A stretch of 64,000 bases of DNA. Origin: Candidatus Magasanikiibacteriota bacterium. GTDB taxonomy: Bacteria; Patescibacteriota; Patescibacteriia; Magasanikbacterales; GWA2-37-8. Positions 1-9,025 of the stretch are shown piece after piece. Made by a program: the position numbers and the translations under genes. The stretch is taken from positions 83,984 to 147,983 of the forward strand of contig CAWDHY010000002.1 of NCBI GenBank assembly GCA_963802255.1. Reading direction: 5' to 3'. The notes under the pieces were generated by a model. The model had not been told where the DNA came from, searched no databases, and saw only the letters and a list, made by a program, of their open reading frames with translations. The number at the start of each line of letters is the position of its first letter. Position 1 is the first letter of the stretch.

Positions 1-453
1 AAGATGCCGCAGATAATCCATAGTAACTTCGTAGGTTGGTAAAAGGTTTGTTGAGTCTTCATTTTCTTTTATTAGGCCGCGCATAAGCAAATTTCTGAGA
101 ATCAAAGCGCAATTTACCCCGCGAATTTGCTCTAATTCCGGCTTAGTAATCGGCCCGCAATAGGAAATAACTGTCAATGTTTCGAGTTGCGGACGGGTTA
201 GTTCACCACTGACTTCTGCTTTTAAAAATTTTTCCGCAACCGTTCGATTTTCAGGATTTGACACCAGTTGCCATTCATCATTATTTTGCAAAAGAGATAC
301 GCCGGAATTTTGCGAATTATATTTCATCTTAAGCGATTGAAGCGCGTCAGTTACCATCGTTTCTTCCGCGTCCATTGCTTTAGCGATTTTTTTTAGTCCA
401 AGCGGCTTTGAAGCGACGAACAGTATTGATTCTATTTGTGAAATTATAGACAT
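1..453 (-). CDS. scpB: SMC-Scp complex subunit ScpB (3' end outside window)
   Basis: Read manually from ATG at 453: MSIISQIESILFVASKPL...LETLTVISYCGPITKPELEQIRGVN; directly downstream of scpA. Confidence 0.93.
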   Translation of the reverse strand, partial: MSIISQIESILFVASKPLGLKKIAKAMDAEETMVTDALQSLKMKYNSQNSGVSLLQNNDEWQLVSNPENRTVAEKFLKAEVSGELTRPQLETLTVISYCGPITKPELEQIRGVNCALILRNLLMRGLIKENEDSTNLLPTYEVTMDYLRHL

Positions 454-455
454 AT

Positions 456-1148
456 TTAAATTTTTGAAATTTCCAAATCGGCGAATGTTTTATTTTGGTA
501 TACGGCGGCATTTCCGAATTTAACCAATTCAAGAATAGCTAAAAATGAAATAATTACTTCTGTTTTATTTTCCGCACCGGCAAGAATCGTTGAAAAATTT
601 AATTTCTTATGCCGTTTCAGCAAGTCAAAGATTGAATCAATTTTTTGTTTTACACTTATCGCCCGGTCAATACTTATCTTCGGCAACGGATTAATCGGTT
701 TAAGGCGCTTTAATAAATTAACAAATGCCTGTTTTAAATCATCCCCTTTTGCGTTTACCGGCAAAACAAAGCCTTCCGCTTTTACCGGCGATTCTAAACG
801 CCCATAACCGACAACATTTTTATTCCATAAACGGTCAACATCGCGGCTGGCCTCGATGTAGCGCTTATACATCTTTAACTGATCGGCTAAAGAAGGCCCA
901 TCATCTTCTTCGGGCGATATTTGAGGTAGAAGATTTTTTGATTTCATGTAAACCAGTTTGGTTGCGATCACCAAAAAATCCGCCAGTTCCTCCGGACGCC
1001 TTTCCTCAAGTTTATTGAGGTAAGCAAAATATTGCTCCGTAACTTTGGAAAGAGCGATGTCATTAATATTTAATTTCTCCTGTTCAATAAGAGCCAGGAG
1101 CAAATCAAGTGGCCCGCTGAATTGTTCCAGCTTAATTTCCCTCATCAC
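456..1148 (-). CDS. scpA: Segregation/condensation protein ScpA
   Basis: FSGPLDLLLALI N-terminus and FLAILELVK C-terminal motif. Confidence 0.95.
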   Translation of the reverse strand: MMREIKLEQFSGPLDLLLALIEQEKLNINDIALSKVTEQYFAYLNKLEERRPEELADFLVIATKLVYMKSKNLLPQISPEEDDGPSLADQLKMYKRYIEASRDVDRLWNKNVVGYGRLESPVKAEGFVLPVNAKGDDLKQAFVNLLKRLKPINPLPKISIDRAISVKQKIDSIFDLLKRHKKLNFSTILAGAENKTEVIISFLAILELVKFGNAAVYQNKTFADLEISKI

Positions 1149-2536
1149 TTCAATTTTATATGCACATCGTCAAGCGCAGAATCAGGCATTGGCGATGGTG
1201 CACCCATCATCAAATCCCGCGAATCACCGGTTTTCGGAAAAGCGATTACTTCGCGTACACTATCTTCGCCTTGGAGTAACATAAGCAAACGGTCCAGGCC
1301 CAAAGCAATACCGCCGTGAGGCGGGACGCCGTAAGTGAACGCTTCAAGCATATGGCCAAAACGCTCTTTAATATCGTTTCCATCCACGCCCAAAATCTCA
1401 AAAATCTTTTTTTGCAACTCGGCATTGAAAATTCTTAAGCTACCACCACCGACTTCACAGCCGTTCAAAACCAAATCATAACAGTATGCGCGGACTTTTT
1501 CCGGTTCGCTATCCAGCATCGGTAAATCTTCGTTCATCGGGCGTGTAAACGGATGATGCGCGCTAACCAAGCGATTTTCCGTTTCACTTTTTTCAAACAA
1601 CGGAAAGTCCACCACCCAGGCAAAGGCTAGTTCGTTATTATCAGTTTTGTCTTGGCGTAAATCCGGCTTGTCCGAATTATATTTGTCTTTGGCTTCGGCC
1701 CAGGTCAATCGTGGAAACGGTTGGGCCATAATTTTCTTTTCCGGATATAATTTTTCCACCAGTTCAATCATCGCCTGCTCCATGAGCTGAATAATATCTT
1801 CCTGACTCAAAAAAGACATTTCCAAATCCAGTTGAGTAAATTCCGGTTGGCGGTCACCACGCATGTCCTCATCACGAAAACAACGGGCAATTTGAAAATA
1901 TTTTTCTACCCCGCCTACCATCAGCAATTGTTTAAACTGTTGTGGCGACTGTGGCAAGACATAAAAACTGCCTTTATAAATTCTGGACGGTACCAGAAAC
2001 TCACGCGCGCCTTCGGGCGTGCCCTTGGTCAAATCCGGGGTTTCAATTTCCCAATAGCCTTTTTCGGAAAAATAATTACGCAAAAATAGATTCACGTTGT
2101 GGCGCATTTTCAGATTATTTTTCATGCGCTCGGAGCGCAGATCCAAATAGCGGTATTTCAGGCGCAGTTCTTCGCTTATTTCTTTTGTATCGCTATCCAC
2201 GGCGAACGGCATGGGTTCGGATGCGGTGATAATGGAAATTTCTTTAGCCAAAAGTTCAACCGTGCCGGTTGGCATATCCGGGTTGACCTGTTTGGCACCA
2301 CGCGCCTGCACAATGCCGCGAATTTCCAATAAATATTCCAAACGAGCGTCACGCATTGCTTCCAGGGATTTTTCATCCAGTTCCGCCGGCACGCCGACCA
2401 CTTGGATAATTCCCTCGCGGTCGCGCAAATCAAAAAACGCGATTTTACCCATATCACGACGGGCATTCACCCAGCCTTTGAGCAAAACTTCCTCCCCTAT
2501 TTTATCAACTGTTTCAGTTGTATAAATTCTATTCAT
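1145..2536 (-). CDS. aspS: Aspartyl-tRNA synthetase, short bacterial type lacking most of the GAD insertion
   Basis: OB-fold N-terminus, LPQSPQQFKQLLM, FRDED..DRQPEFTQLD, PPHGGIALGLDR; only 463 aa. Confidence 0.95.
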   Translation of the reverse strand: MNRIYTTETVDKIGEEVLLKGWVNARRDMGKIAFFDLRDREGIIQVVGVPAELDEKSLEAMRDARLEYLLEIRGIVQARGAKQVNPDMPTGTVELLAKEISIITASEPMPFAVDSDTKEISEELRLKYRYLDLRSERMKNNLKMRHNVNLFLRNYFSEKGYWEIETPDLTKGTPEGAREFLVPSRIYKGSFYVLPQSPQQFKQLLMVGGVEKYFQIARCFRDEDMRGDRQPEFTQLDLEMSFLSQEDIIQLMEQAMIELVEKLYPEKKIMAQPFPRLTWAEAKDKYNSDKPDLRQDKTDNNELAFAWVVDFPLFEKSETENRLVSAHHPFTRPMNEDLPMLDSEPEKVRAYCYDLVLNGCEVGGGSLRIFNAELQKKIFEILGVDGNDIKERFGHMLEAFTYGVPPHGGIALGLDRLLMLLQGEDSVREVIAFPKTGDSRDLMMGAPSPMPDSALDDVHIKLK

Positions 2537-2541
2537 ATATT

Positions 2542-3543
2542 TTATGCATTGCCAAACATTTCGGCGATTTCAACGAGCCGATGAGAATAACCCATTTCAT
2601 TGTCATACCAGGCGACAACTTTAACCAAATCGCCTTCAACCACATTGGTCATTTTTAAATCAACAATAGAAGAAAAAGGATTACCGACAAAATCTGATGA
2701 AACCAATTCTTCTTCGGTAGTCAAAAGAATATGATGAAAACGAGCGGTTTTTGAGGCGTCCGTCAAAGTCTGATTTATTTCTTCTTTAGTAGTTTTCTTC
2801 TTTAGTACAACTGTAATATCAGCAAGTGATACTGTCGGCACTGGCACACGAATGGAAATGCCGTCAAAAATTCCTTTCAAATCAGGAATAACTTCACCGA
2901 CCGCTTTGGCCGCGCCCGTAGTTGTCGGCACAATATTCTCGGCTGCCGCGCGGGCCCGGCGCAAATCTTTGTGCGGACCGTCCTGCAAATTTTGGTCAGA
3001 TGTGTAACCGTGCACTGTTGTCATCATCGCTTTTTCAATGCCAAATTTTTCTTCAAGAACCGCCATTACCGGGGCGATACAATTGGTGGTGCAAGAGGCA
3101 TTATTAATAACCAATTTTTCTTCCTTTGAAACTTCATCGCAATTCACTCCGCGCACATATGTCGGGATATCCCCTCCTTTGCCAGGAGCGGATAATATCA
3201 CCTTGCGTGCCCCGGCTTGAATGTGCAGTTCAGCCCCTTCCAATTTAGTAAATTTACCGGTGCACTCCAAAACAACGTCAACTTTCATTTTTTTCCAAGG
3301 CAGCACCGCCGGGTCTTTTTCGGCGAACACCGGAATTTTTTCGCCGTCAATAATAATGTTAGTTTCATCATAAGAAACTTCTTTGTCGTAAAGATCGTAT
3401 GATGTGTCATATTTAAGTAAATGGGCCAGAGTTTTTGGGTCGGTTAAATCATTGATAGCGACAATATCAATTCCCTTTTTTCCAAAGGCAATTTTAAACG
3501 CTTGACGGCCGATTCGGCCAAAACCGTTGATGGCTAAGTTCAT
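2542..3543 (-). CDS. gap: Type I glyceraldehyde-3-phosphate dehydrogenase
   Basis: INGFGRIGR, NASCTTNC active site, WYDNE. Confidence 0.97.
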   Translation of the reverse strand: MNLAINGFGRIGRQAFKIAFGKKGIDIVAINDLTDPKTLAHLLKYDTSYDLYDKEVSYDETNIIIDGEKIPVFAEKDPAVLPWKKMKVDVVLECTGKFTKLEGAELHIQAGARKVILSAPGKGGDIPTYVRGVNCDEVSKEEKLVINNASCTTNCIAPVMAVLEEKFGIEKAMMTTVHGYTSDQNLQDGPHKDLRRARAAAENIVPTTTGAAKAVGEVIPDLKGIFDGISIRVPVPTVSLADITVVLKKKTTKEEINQTLTDASKTARFHHILLTTEEELVSSDFVGNPFSSIVDLKMTNVVEGDLVKVVAWYDNEMGYSHRLVEIAEMFGNA

Positions 3544-3624
3544 ATGGATTATAAATGATTATTTGGAATTAAATCTATATTATTATAGCGGGAAACAAAG
3601 GTGGTGGCAAGGAAAGGTTTAAAT

Positions 3625-3652
3625 AAAAAAAATCCCTCGCCTTAGCGGGGAT
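3625..3652 (-). terminator. Intrinsic terminator after the RlmI-like gene
   Basis: Minus strand ATCCCCGCTAAGGCGAGGGAT followed by a T tract. Confidence 0.6.
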
Positions 3653-3658
3653 AGCAAG

Positions 3659-4855
3659 CTAAACGACCCTCGCAAACAAGCACTTCAGATATTCCCCTTC
3701 TATAAACGAAACCAATTCCGGATGGTCAATGCCGTGAGTAAATGTTTCTAAAATCTGCACTGTTTTTCGGGTACGGCCGGCAGCTTCGGATACTGTGTAG
3801 CGGAAATCCTGAAGAGATACATGCATTGAGCAGGAAGCTGTAACCAAAATTCCCTCGGACGATAATAGCCGAAAAGCCATTTCATTTATTTTTTTATAAC
3901 CCATCAAACCTTCATGAATTTTACGACGGTCTTTAACAAAGGCCGGTGGGTCTAAAATAATAACATCAAAATCTTCGCGGACATCCGGATCTTTTTGTAC
4001 CAAATCAGTCAGATAATCTTTAACATCGGCACAAACAAATTCGCATTTTTTGGTATTCAAGCCGTTGAGTTTAACATTTTCCTCAGCTAGTTCCAGAGCC
4101 TCTTCCGCTGAATCCACACTTACCACTTTTTTTGCTCCGGCCGCGAGCGCGTAAACGCTGAACCCGCCGGTATAACTGAAACAATTTAAAACATTTTTAC
4201 CATCAACATATTTTTGAAGCGCGGCTCGCTTATCACGCTGGTCCAGAAAGAACCCTGTTTTTTGTCCGCGCGCCACATCCACCCAAAACTTCAAACCATT
4301 TTCCGTAATTTTAATTTTGTCCGGAACATCACCGGAAACAATGCCGGTTTTTGCCCCTGTCTTTTCCTCTTTTCTCCCGCCGACATCCGAACGCTCATAA
4401 ATCCCCTTCGGTTTAACAACTTTTTCCAATGCGTCAATAATCGTCATTTTCCATAACTCAATGCCGGGATTGTGGAATTGGACACATAAGTAGTCACCAT
4501 ATTTATCCACAATCAGTCCGGGCAACAAATCATTCTCGCTGTTTATCAGGCGATATGAATCAGTTTGTTTGGATTCAATATAATCGCAACGCGTCTTAAA
4601 GGCAGAACTCACGCGCCTCATAAAAAAACCCAAATCAATTTTTTCCTCTTCATTCCAGCTCCAAAGCCGAACCGCCATCTGAGAATATGAATTGAAATAT
4701 CCTTGTGCCAAAAATCCATCGCGCTCATCATAGAGCGCGACCGGCATTCCGCTTGATATACCTTCAGGCAGACGTTTTATTGCCCCTTGAAATACCCAGG
4801 GATGGCGGCCGAGAATAGGGCCAACACGATTTTTATGAATTATAAGTTTTATCAT
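3659..4855 (-). CDS. rlmI: RlmI-family SAM-dependent rRNA methyltransferase
   Basis: PUA-like HPWVF, GQKTGFFLDQR, CFSYTGGF, DPPAF, EGEYLK. Confidence 0.85.
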   Translation of the reverse strand: MIKLIIHKNRVGPILGRHPWVFQGAIKRLPEGISSGMPVALYDERDGFLAQGYFNSYSQMAVRLWSWNEEEKIDLGFFMRRVSSAFKTRCDYIESKQTDSYRLINSENDLLPGLIVDKYGDYLCVQFHNPGIELWKMTIIDALEKVVKPKGIYERSDVGGRKEEKTGAKTGIVSGDVPDKIKITENGLKFWVDVARGQKTGFFLDQRDKRAALQKYVDGKNVLNCFSYTGGFSVYALAAGAKKVVSVDSAEEALELAEENVKLNGLNTKKCEFVCADVKDYLTDLVQKDPDVREDFDVIILDPPAFVKDRRKIHEGLMGYKKINEMAFRLLSSEGILVTASCSMHVSLQDFRYTVSEAAGRTRKTVQILETFTHGIDHPELVSFIEGEYLKCLFARVV

Positions 4856-4936
4856 AACACTGAAATTCTATCTAATTTTTAGCTAAATAACAAGGGCTAT
4901 TCGGGTAAAGCCTGAACATCAGCCGCTTATACTAAT

Positions 4937-4971
4937 AAAAAAAGCCGGCGGTCATTACCCCGTCCGGCTTT
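4937..4971 (-). terminator. Intrinsic terminator after the orphan gene 5007-5321
   Basis: AAAGCCGG...CCGGCTTT stem followed by a T tract on the minus strand. Confidence 0.6.
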
Positions 4972-5006
4972 GGTCTTTTAACCAGAAAAATGAACACGAT
5001 CTACTT

Positions 5007-5321
5007 CTATTCACACTCAACAAACATGCGCCGCATTGCCGGCGAGGACGGCACGCGCTTCGCGAACGCTTTTCTTGTCTTCTTGCGCATTGCACTAAGA
5101 GCGATCTTCTTGATCTTTTCCAGCCGTTCTACCACTTCACGCCTTTTTGGTCTTTCGGATTTCAATTTATCCGAAGCGGCTATAAGAACAGCATGCCAAT
5201 GAGCGAACTCGAACTGTCTAAAATATTCCTCTGATAACCTGTCGAAATTTTTAACTACTGTCGGACCAAACGTCTCGAAATCGACGACCAAATGGCTGGC
5301 CACTCTCTTACGCTGAGACAT
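5007..5321 (-). CDS. Small basic hypothetical protein
   Basis: ATG at 5321 preceded by AGGAGG (5328-5333); has its own promoter and terminator. Confidence 0.6.
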   Translation of the reverse strand: MSQRKRVASHLVVDFETFGPTVVKNFDRLSEEYFRQFEFAHWHAVLIAASDKLKSERPKRREVVERLEKIKKIALSAMRKKTRKAFAKRVPSSPAMRRMFVECE

Positions 5322-5379
5322 ACCTGCCCTCCTTTTTTCTTTTACAATCAAGACCGATTTTTTCCGAAGATTGTCCGAG

Positions 5380-5407
5380 ATTATATCTTATTAGAAAAAA
5401 ATGTCAA
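5380..5407 (-). promoter_or_regulatory. Sigma70-type promoter
   Basis: Consensus TTGACA (5407-5402), 16 bp, TATAAT (5385-5380). Confidence 0.75.
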
Positions 5408-5451
5408 ATTTTTACAATATATAATTAATAATGAAATTATTTTTACAAAAT

Positions 5452-5486
5452 AAAAAAATCCCCGGCTCTATACCGGAGATTTTTTT
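5452..5486 (-). terminator. Intrinsic (bidirectional) terminator after tsf
   Basis: A tract, ATCCCCGG...CCGGAGAT stem, T tract. Confidence 0.7.
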
Positions 5487-5495
5487 AAAATTTAT

Positions 5496-6350
5496 TTATT
5501 TCATCTGTTCAGCTACTTCTGCCGCAAAATCACACTGTTTCTTTTCAATCCCTTCTCCTAACTCATAGCGCCAAAACGCCACGACAGTTGCACCCGCTTC
5601 TTCAGCTAATTTGCCGACGGTTTTTTCTTCGTCCTTAACATACGGCTGTTCCAAAAGACAGATTTCACCGTAATACTTGTCCATCTTTCCTTTGACAATA
5701 TTTTCAATGATATTTTCCGGTTTTCCTTGCGCGCGCAATTGTTCTGAAGCAATCTCTTTCTCCTTGTTAATTTCTGTCGCATCAACTGATTCACGGTTCA
5801 AATATTTCGGATTGGCTCCGGCGATATGCATGGCGATATCTTTTGCCAGATCTTCATTTCCTCCGGCCATTTTTACCAAGACTGAAATTTTTCCACCCAT
5901 ATGAATATAACTGCCGATGATTTCCCCTTCTCCTGCCTCAACAACCTGGAGACGGCGTAAAATTATCTTTTCACCGATTTTTGTAACAGCTTCATTAAAT
6001 TTGTTCTGAAGTTCCGGGATAGCCATTGCCTCTTCAACTGTGGCCGGTTTTTCTTTTACGGCGATATCAGCAATTAAATTAACCAAATTCTTAAAGTCAT
6101 CACCTTTTGCCACAAAATCAGTTTCAGCATTTACTTCAATAACCGCGGCTACATTGCCAGCCACTTTAATTGCTGTTAATCCTTCCGCCGCAATTTTATT
6201 ATCTCTTTTCGCCGCTTTGATAATCCCTTTTTTACGCAAAATTTCCGTGGCCTTTTCCATATCTCCTTCTGACTCATCTAAAGCCTTCTTACAATCCATC
6301 ATCCCTGCGCCGGTCATTTCGCGCAATTTTGTAATGTCTTGAGTTGTCAT
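5496..6350 (-). CDS. tsf: Elongation factor Ts
   Basis: LREMTGAGMMDCKKAL, EVNAETDFVA; start corrected to MTTQ at 6350. Confidence 0.97.
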   Translation of the reverse strand: MTTQDITKLREMTGAGMMDCKKALDESEGDMEKATEILRKKGIIKAAKRDNKIAAEGLTAIKVAGNVAAVIEVNAETDFVAKGDDFKNLVNLIADIAVKEKPATVEEAMAIPELQNKFNEAVTKIGEKIILRRLQVVEAGEGEIIGSYIHMGGKISVLVKMAGGNEDLAKDIAMHIAGANPKYLNRESVDATEINKEKEIASEQLRAQGKPENIIENIVKGKMDKYYGEICLLEQPYVKDEEKTVGKLAEEAGATVVAFWRYELGEGIEKKQCDFAAEVAEQMK

Positions 6351-6410
6351 ATAAATATTATTATGGTGTTGCCGAAAAAATATTTTCAGCATCCCCCTTC
6401 ATAAAAAATT

Positions 6411-7193
6411 TTAGTCGGAACCTTCTTTTCTTATCGCTCTTCGTGGCTGAGGTTTTTCAATCTCAGGTTTTTTCTCATCTTTTGGCGCTTCCATCTTTTT
6501 TCTTTCAAATTCCTTTTTACCTTCGTTTATCGCTTCAGCCAAAAGATCGGCCATAATTTTAATTGAATTTACCGCGTCATCGTTTGCCGGAATCGGATAG
6601 TCCGCGTCATGCGGGTTAACATTGGTATCGCAAATGCCGATTACCGGTACATGCCTGCGGGTTGTCTCCGCTAAAGCGGTCTTTTCCGTGCGCATATCGG
6701 CGATATATATTGCATCCGGCATTTTTTCCAAATTAGACAGACCAACCAAATATCTATCCATTTTTTCCAAATCTTTTTTGAATTTTACCTGTTCTTTTTT
6801 GGTGTATTTTTCAACTTCTCCTGAAGCCATTTGTTCGTGCATGCTGTGATATTTTCTCAACCGGCGTTTTACTTCTTCAAAATTGGTTAAAAGTCCGCCG
6901 ATCCATCGTTCAACTAAATATGGCATCCCGCAAGAATCAGCTGCGGCTTTTATCAAGTCGCGGGTCTGGCGTTTGGTGCCGACAAATAAAATAACCTTGC
7001 CTTCAGCGGCGAGGTTCTTCGCGTAATCAAGAGCCTTCTCGAGCATTTCGAGAGTTTTCTCCAGATCAATAATATGAATTCCCCCGCGAGCGCCGTATAT
7101 ATACGGTTGCATTTTGGGGTGCCAACGGGATTTCTGATGACCAAAATGAATTCCGGCTTTCAGTAAATCCAGCAAAGACGGTAGCTTTGACAT
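6411..7193 (-). CDS. rpsB: 30S ribosomal protein S2
   Basis: AGIHFGHQKSRWHPKM, RWIGGLLTNF, PANDDA; start corrected to MSKLP at 7193. Confidence 0.97.
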   Translation of the reverse strand: MSKLPSLLDLLKAGIHFGHQKSRWHPKMQPYIYGARGGIHIIDLEKTLEMLEKALDYAKNLAAEGKVILFVGTKRQTRDLIKAAADSCGMPYLVERWIGGLLTNFEEVKRRLRKYHSMHEQMASGEVEKYTKKEQVKFKKDLEKMDRYLVGLSNLEKMPDAIYIADMRTEKTALAETTRRHVPVIGICDTNVNPHDADYPIPANDDAVNSIKIMADLLAEAINEGKKEFERKKMEAPKDEKKPEIEKPQPRRAIRKEGSD

Positions 7194-7300
7194 AGATGTT
7201 TTTCCTTTAACCTCCCAACCCTGCTCCGAGGATTGGCCCCAGAGAGGAAAAAAGTTTAGCCGTTTTCGGGCTAATCCGCCTTGGGCGGAGAGTTGGTGAG
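7194..7300 (-). promoter_or_regulatory. Structured rpsB 5' leader (candidate S2 autoregulatory element)
   Basis: Outer stem CCAACTCT/AGGGTTGG followed by GGAGG; inner hairpins TCCGCC/GGCGGA and TTAGCC/GGCTAA. Confidence 0.55.
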
Positions 7301-7321
7301 AGATGATTAACCCCGTTATAT

Positions 7322-7367
7322 AAAAACAGGTTATCGCGAGTATAACCTGTTTTTTGAATTTCGTCAA
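7322..7367 (-). promoter_or_regulatory. rpsB promoter overlapping the upstream gene's terminator hairpin
   Basis: TTGACG (7367-7362), 17 bp, TATACT (7344-7339), lying within AAAAACAGGTTAT...ATAACCTGTTTTT. Confidence 0.65.
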
Positions 7368-7374
7368 GAGGTCT

Positions 7375-8521
7375 TTAGGCAGCCTTTTCATCTTTCAAAT
7401 CTTCCTCATCAAGCTCAATTTCTGATTCTTCAAAGCCCTGAAAATCAACCCATGCTACGGTTATGTCATCCTTTTTATTCGCTCTCTTGTTATTTTCATC
7501 AGTCTGAGCGGCTATCCCATTCTCAATCAGCGCTTTTTTGATTGCACCGGCGCCCTTTGATTCATTACCGCGAATAATTTTTTCAATATTTGCATCGGTA
7601 GTTGAATCTGTTAAGCCGTCCGAACAAAGCAAAATTTTATCGCCCTTTTGCAATTTTACGGTATTTATACTCATTTCCCTATCATCAATATTTTGGCCTG
7701 CTAGACCGCCGAAAGTAACATTTCTTAAACTGCCGATAGTCATTTCTCCGGCCTTGCGGTTACTTCTAATTACCATACCCATTATTCTTGAAAGTTGGGG
7801 ATTTTCCGAAATATTATTCTTTTTAACGTATTCACTTAAGGTTATTGATAAAACCTCGTCATTTTGATCGTCAATATTAAGCTTCAATGAATCATTTAAA
7901 AAACTTACAAAAGAATGCTCCTTACTGATCTTTTCCAATTTCCCTTCTCTAAATAGATACGCGATGCTATCGCCGGAATTACCTACTGTTAACATTGGTT
8001 CTCTAGTTTTCTTATCAAGCCAAACTTCACTGCCAACAAATGTTGTGCCAATTTTACTATTCTCAGCTGATGCGGTCTGCTCTATTTTTATCCGGCTATT
8101 AGCCTGTAGCATCACTTCTTTCATTTGGTTTTCCGCAGACGCTTTATCTTTAGCGATATTTGATTTGGCATAGCATTTTCCAAATGTTTCTACACCGACA
8201 GAACTGGCAATATCTCCTCTGCCCGTACCTCCCATACCGTCAAAAACTCCGATTATTTCTACCGTTTTGCAATTCAATACAAGCATCCTGATTAACCCAT
8301 CCTTCAGCTTCTTTTCCGCGGGATTCAGCTGCGACATCAGCTACAAACTCCTTTTCATTCAGGTCTTCTTCATTCGTTTCATCTTCAAAGTCAGCTAAAA
8401 ACTCATCCTTGGCCGAAGGCTCTTTAAAAATCACTTCCGCGCCTTCAATCATAACCGGCCCGACAGGCCCTTTTTCCTGCGGCTTTTTTCCGAACAATTT
8501 GGCAAATCCTTCTTTAAACAT
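7375..8521 (-). pseudogene. PP2C/PPM-family Ser/Thr phosphatase, frameshifted near 8257 (possible sequencing error)
   Basis: NQDA motif in ORF 8240-8533; VFDGMGG, GNSGDS, LCSDGL and DDIT in ORF 7375-8337; removing one A joins them as NQDACIELQNGRIIGVFDGMGG. Confidence 0.8.
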
Positions 8522-8633
8522 AGGGGTTGACAATATTATTTTTTATGCTATGATTATAGCACTTTTAAACATATAAATATAGCATATTTTGACCAAAAAG
8601 TCAATAGTTTCGCTAAAAATACAATAATCTTCT

Positions 8634-8918
8634 ATGAACAAAGATATCCATCCAGAGTTTCATAATGACTGTGTGGTTACCTGCGCCTGCGGGAACACCT
8701 TTAAAACCGGCTCAATATTAAAGGAAATACGTGTAGAACTGTGCAATATGTGCCACCCGTTTTACACCGGAAAACAAAAATTCGTTGATACTGCCCGTCG
8801 GGTGGAAAAATTCCAAGAAAGAGCAGGCAAGCAAACCGCGGCTTCAGCAGAAAGAAAAGGTAAAAAGGTAAAAAAGGCCACTTCTGCGGCAAAAAAGAAA
8901 GCAAAAAAGAACGAATAA
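8634..8918 (+). CDS. rpmE: 50S ribosomal protein L31 (Zn-binding type)
   Basis: [25 protein letters not shown]. Confidence 0.97.
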   Translation: MNKDIHPEFHNDCVVTCACGNTFKTGSILKEIRVELCNMCHPFYTGKQKFVDTARRVEKFQERAGKQTAASAERKGKKVKKATSAAKKKAKKNE

Positions 8919-8924
8919 TCAATA

Positions 8925-8950
8925 AAAACAGGCCAAATTTGGCCTGTTTT
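8925..8950 (+). terminator. Intrinsic terminator after rpmE
   Basis: AAAACAGGCCAAA/TTTGGCCTGTTTT palindrome. Confidence 0.7.
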
Positions 8951-8956
8951 CTAATA

Positions 8957-8985
8957 TTGACAAATAGCACAAAATGTGCTACGGT
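8957..8985 (+). promoter_or_regulatory. Sigma70 promoter with an operator-like palindrome
   Basis: TTGACA, 17 bp, TACGGT with extended -10 TG; TAGCACA-AAA-TGTGCTA at 8965-8981. Confidence 0.6.
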
Positions 8986-9025
8986 TAAGTGCCAATAAAA
9001 ACGTTCATTGACAAAGGAGAAAAAC

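Noticed and set aside
7194-7391. N-terminal extension of rpsB (and similar extensions of tsf and prmC)
   Set aside because: The rpsB extension covers promoter and leader sequence; in all three, homology starts at a later ATG.
8965-8981. TAGCAC palindrome as a CIRCE
   Set aside because: Arm sequence and 3-bp spacing do not fit TTAGCACTC-N9-GAGTGCTAA.
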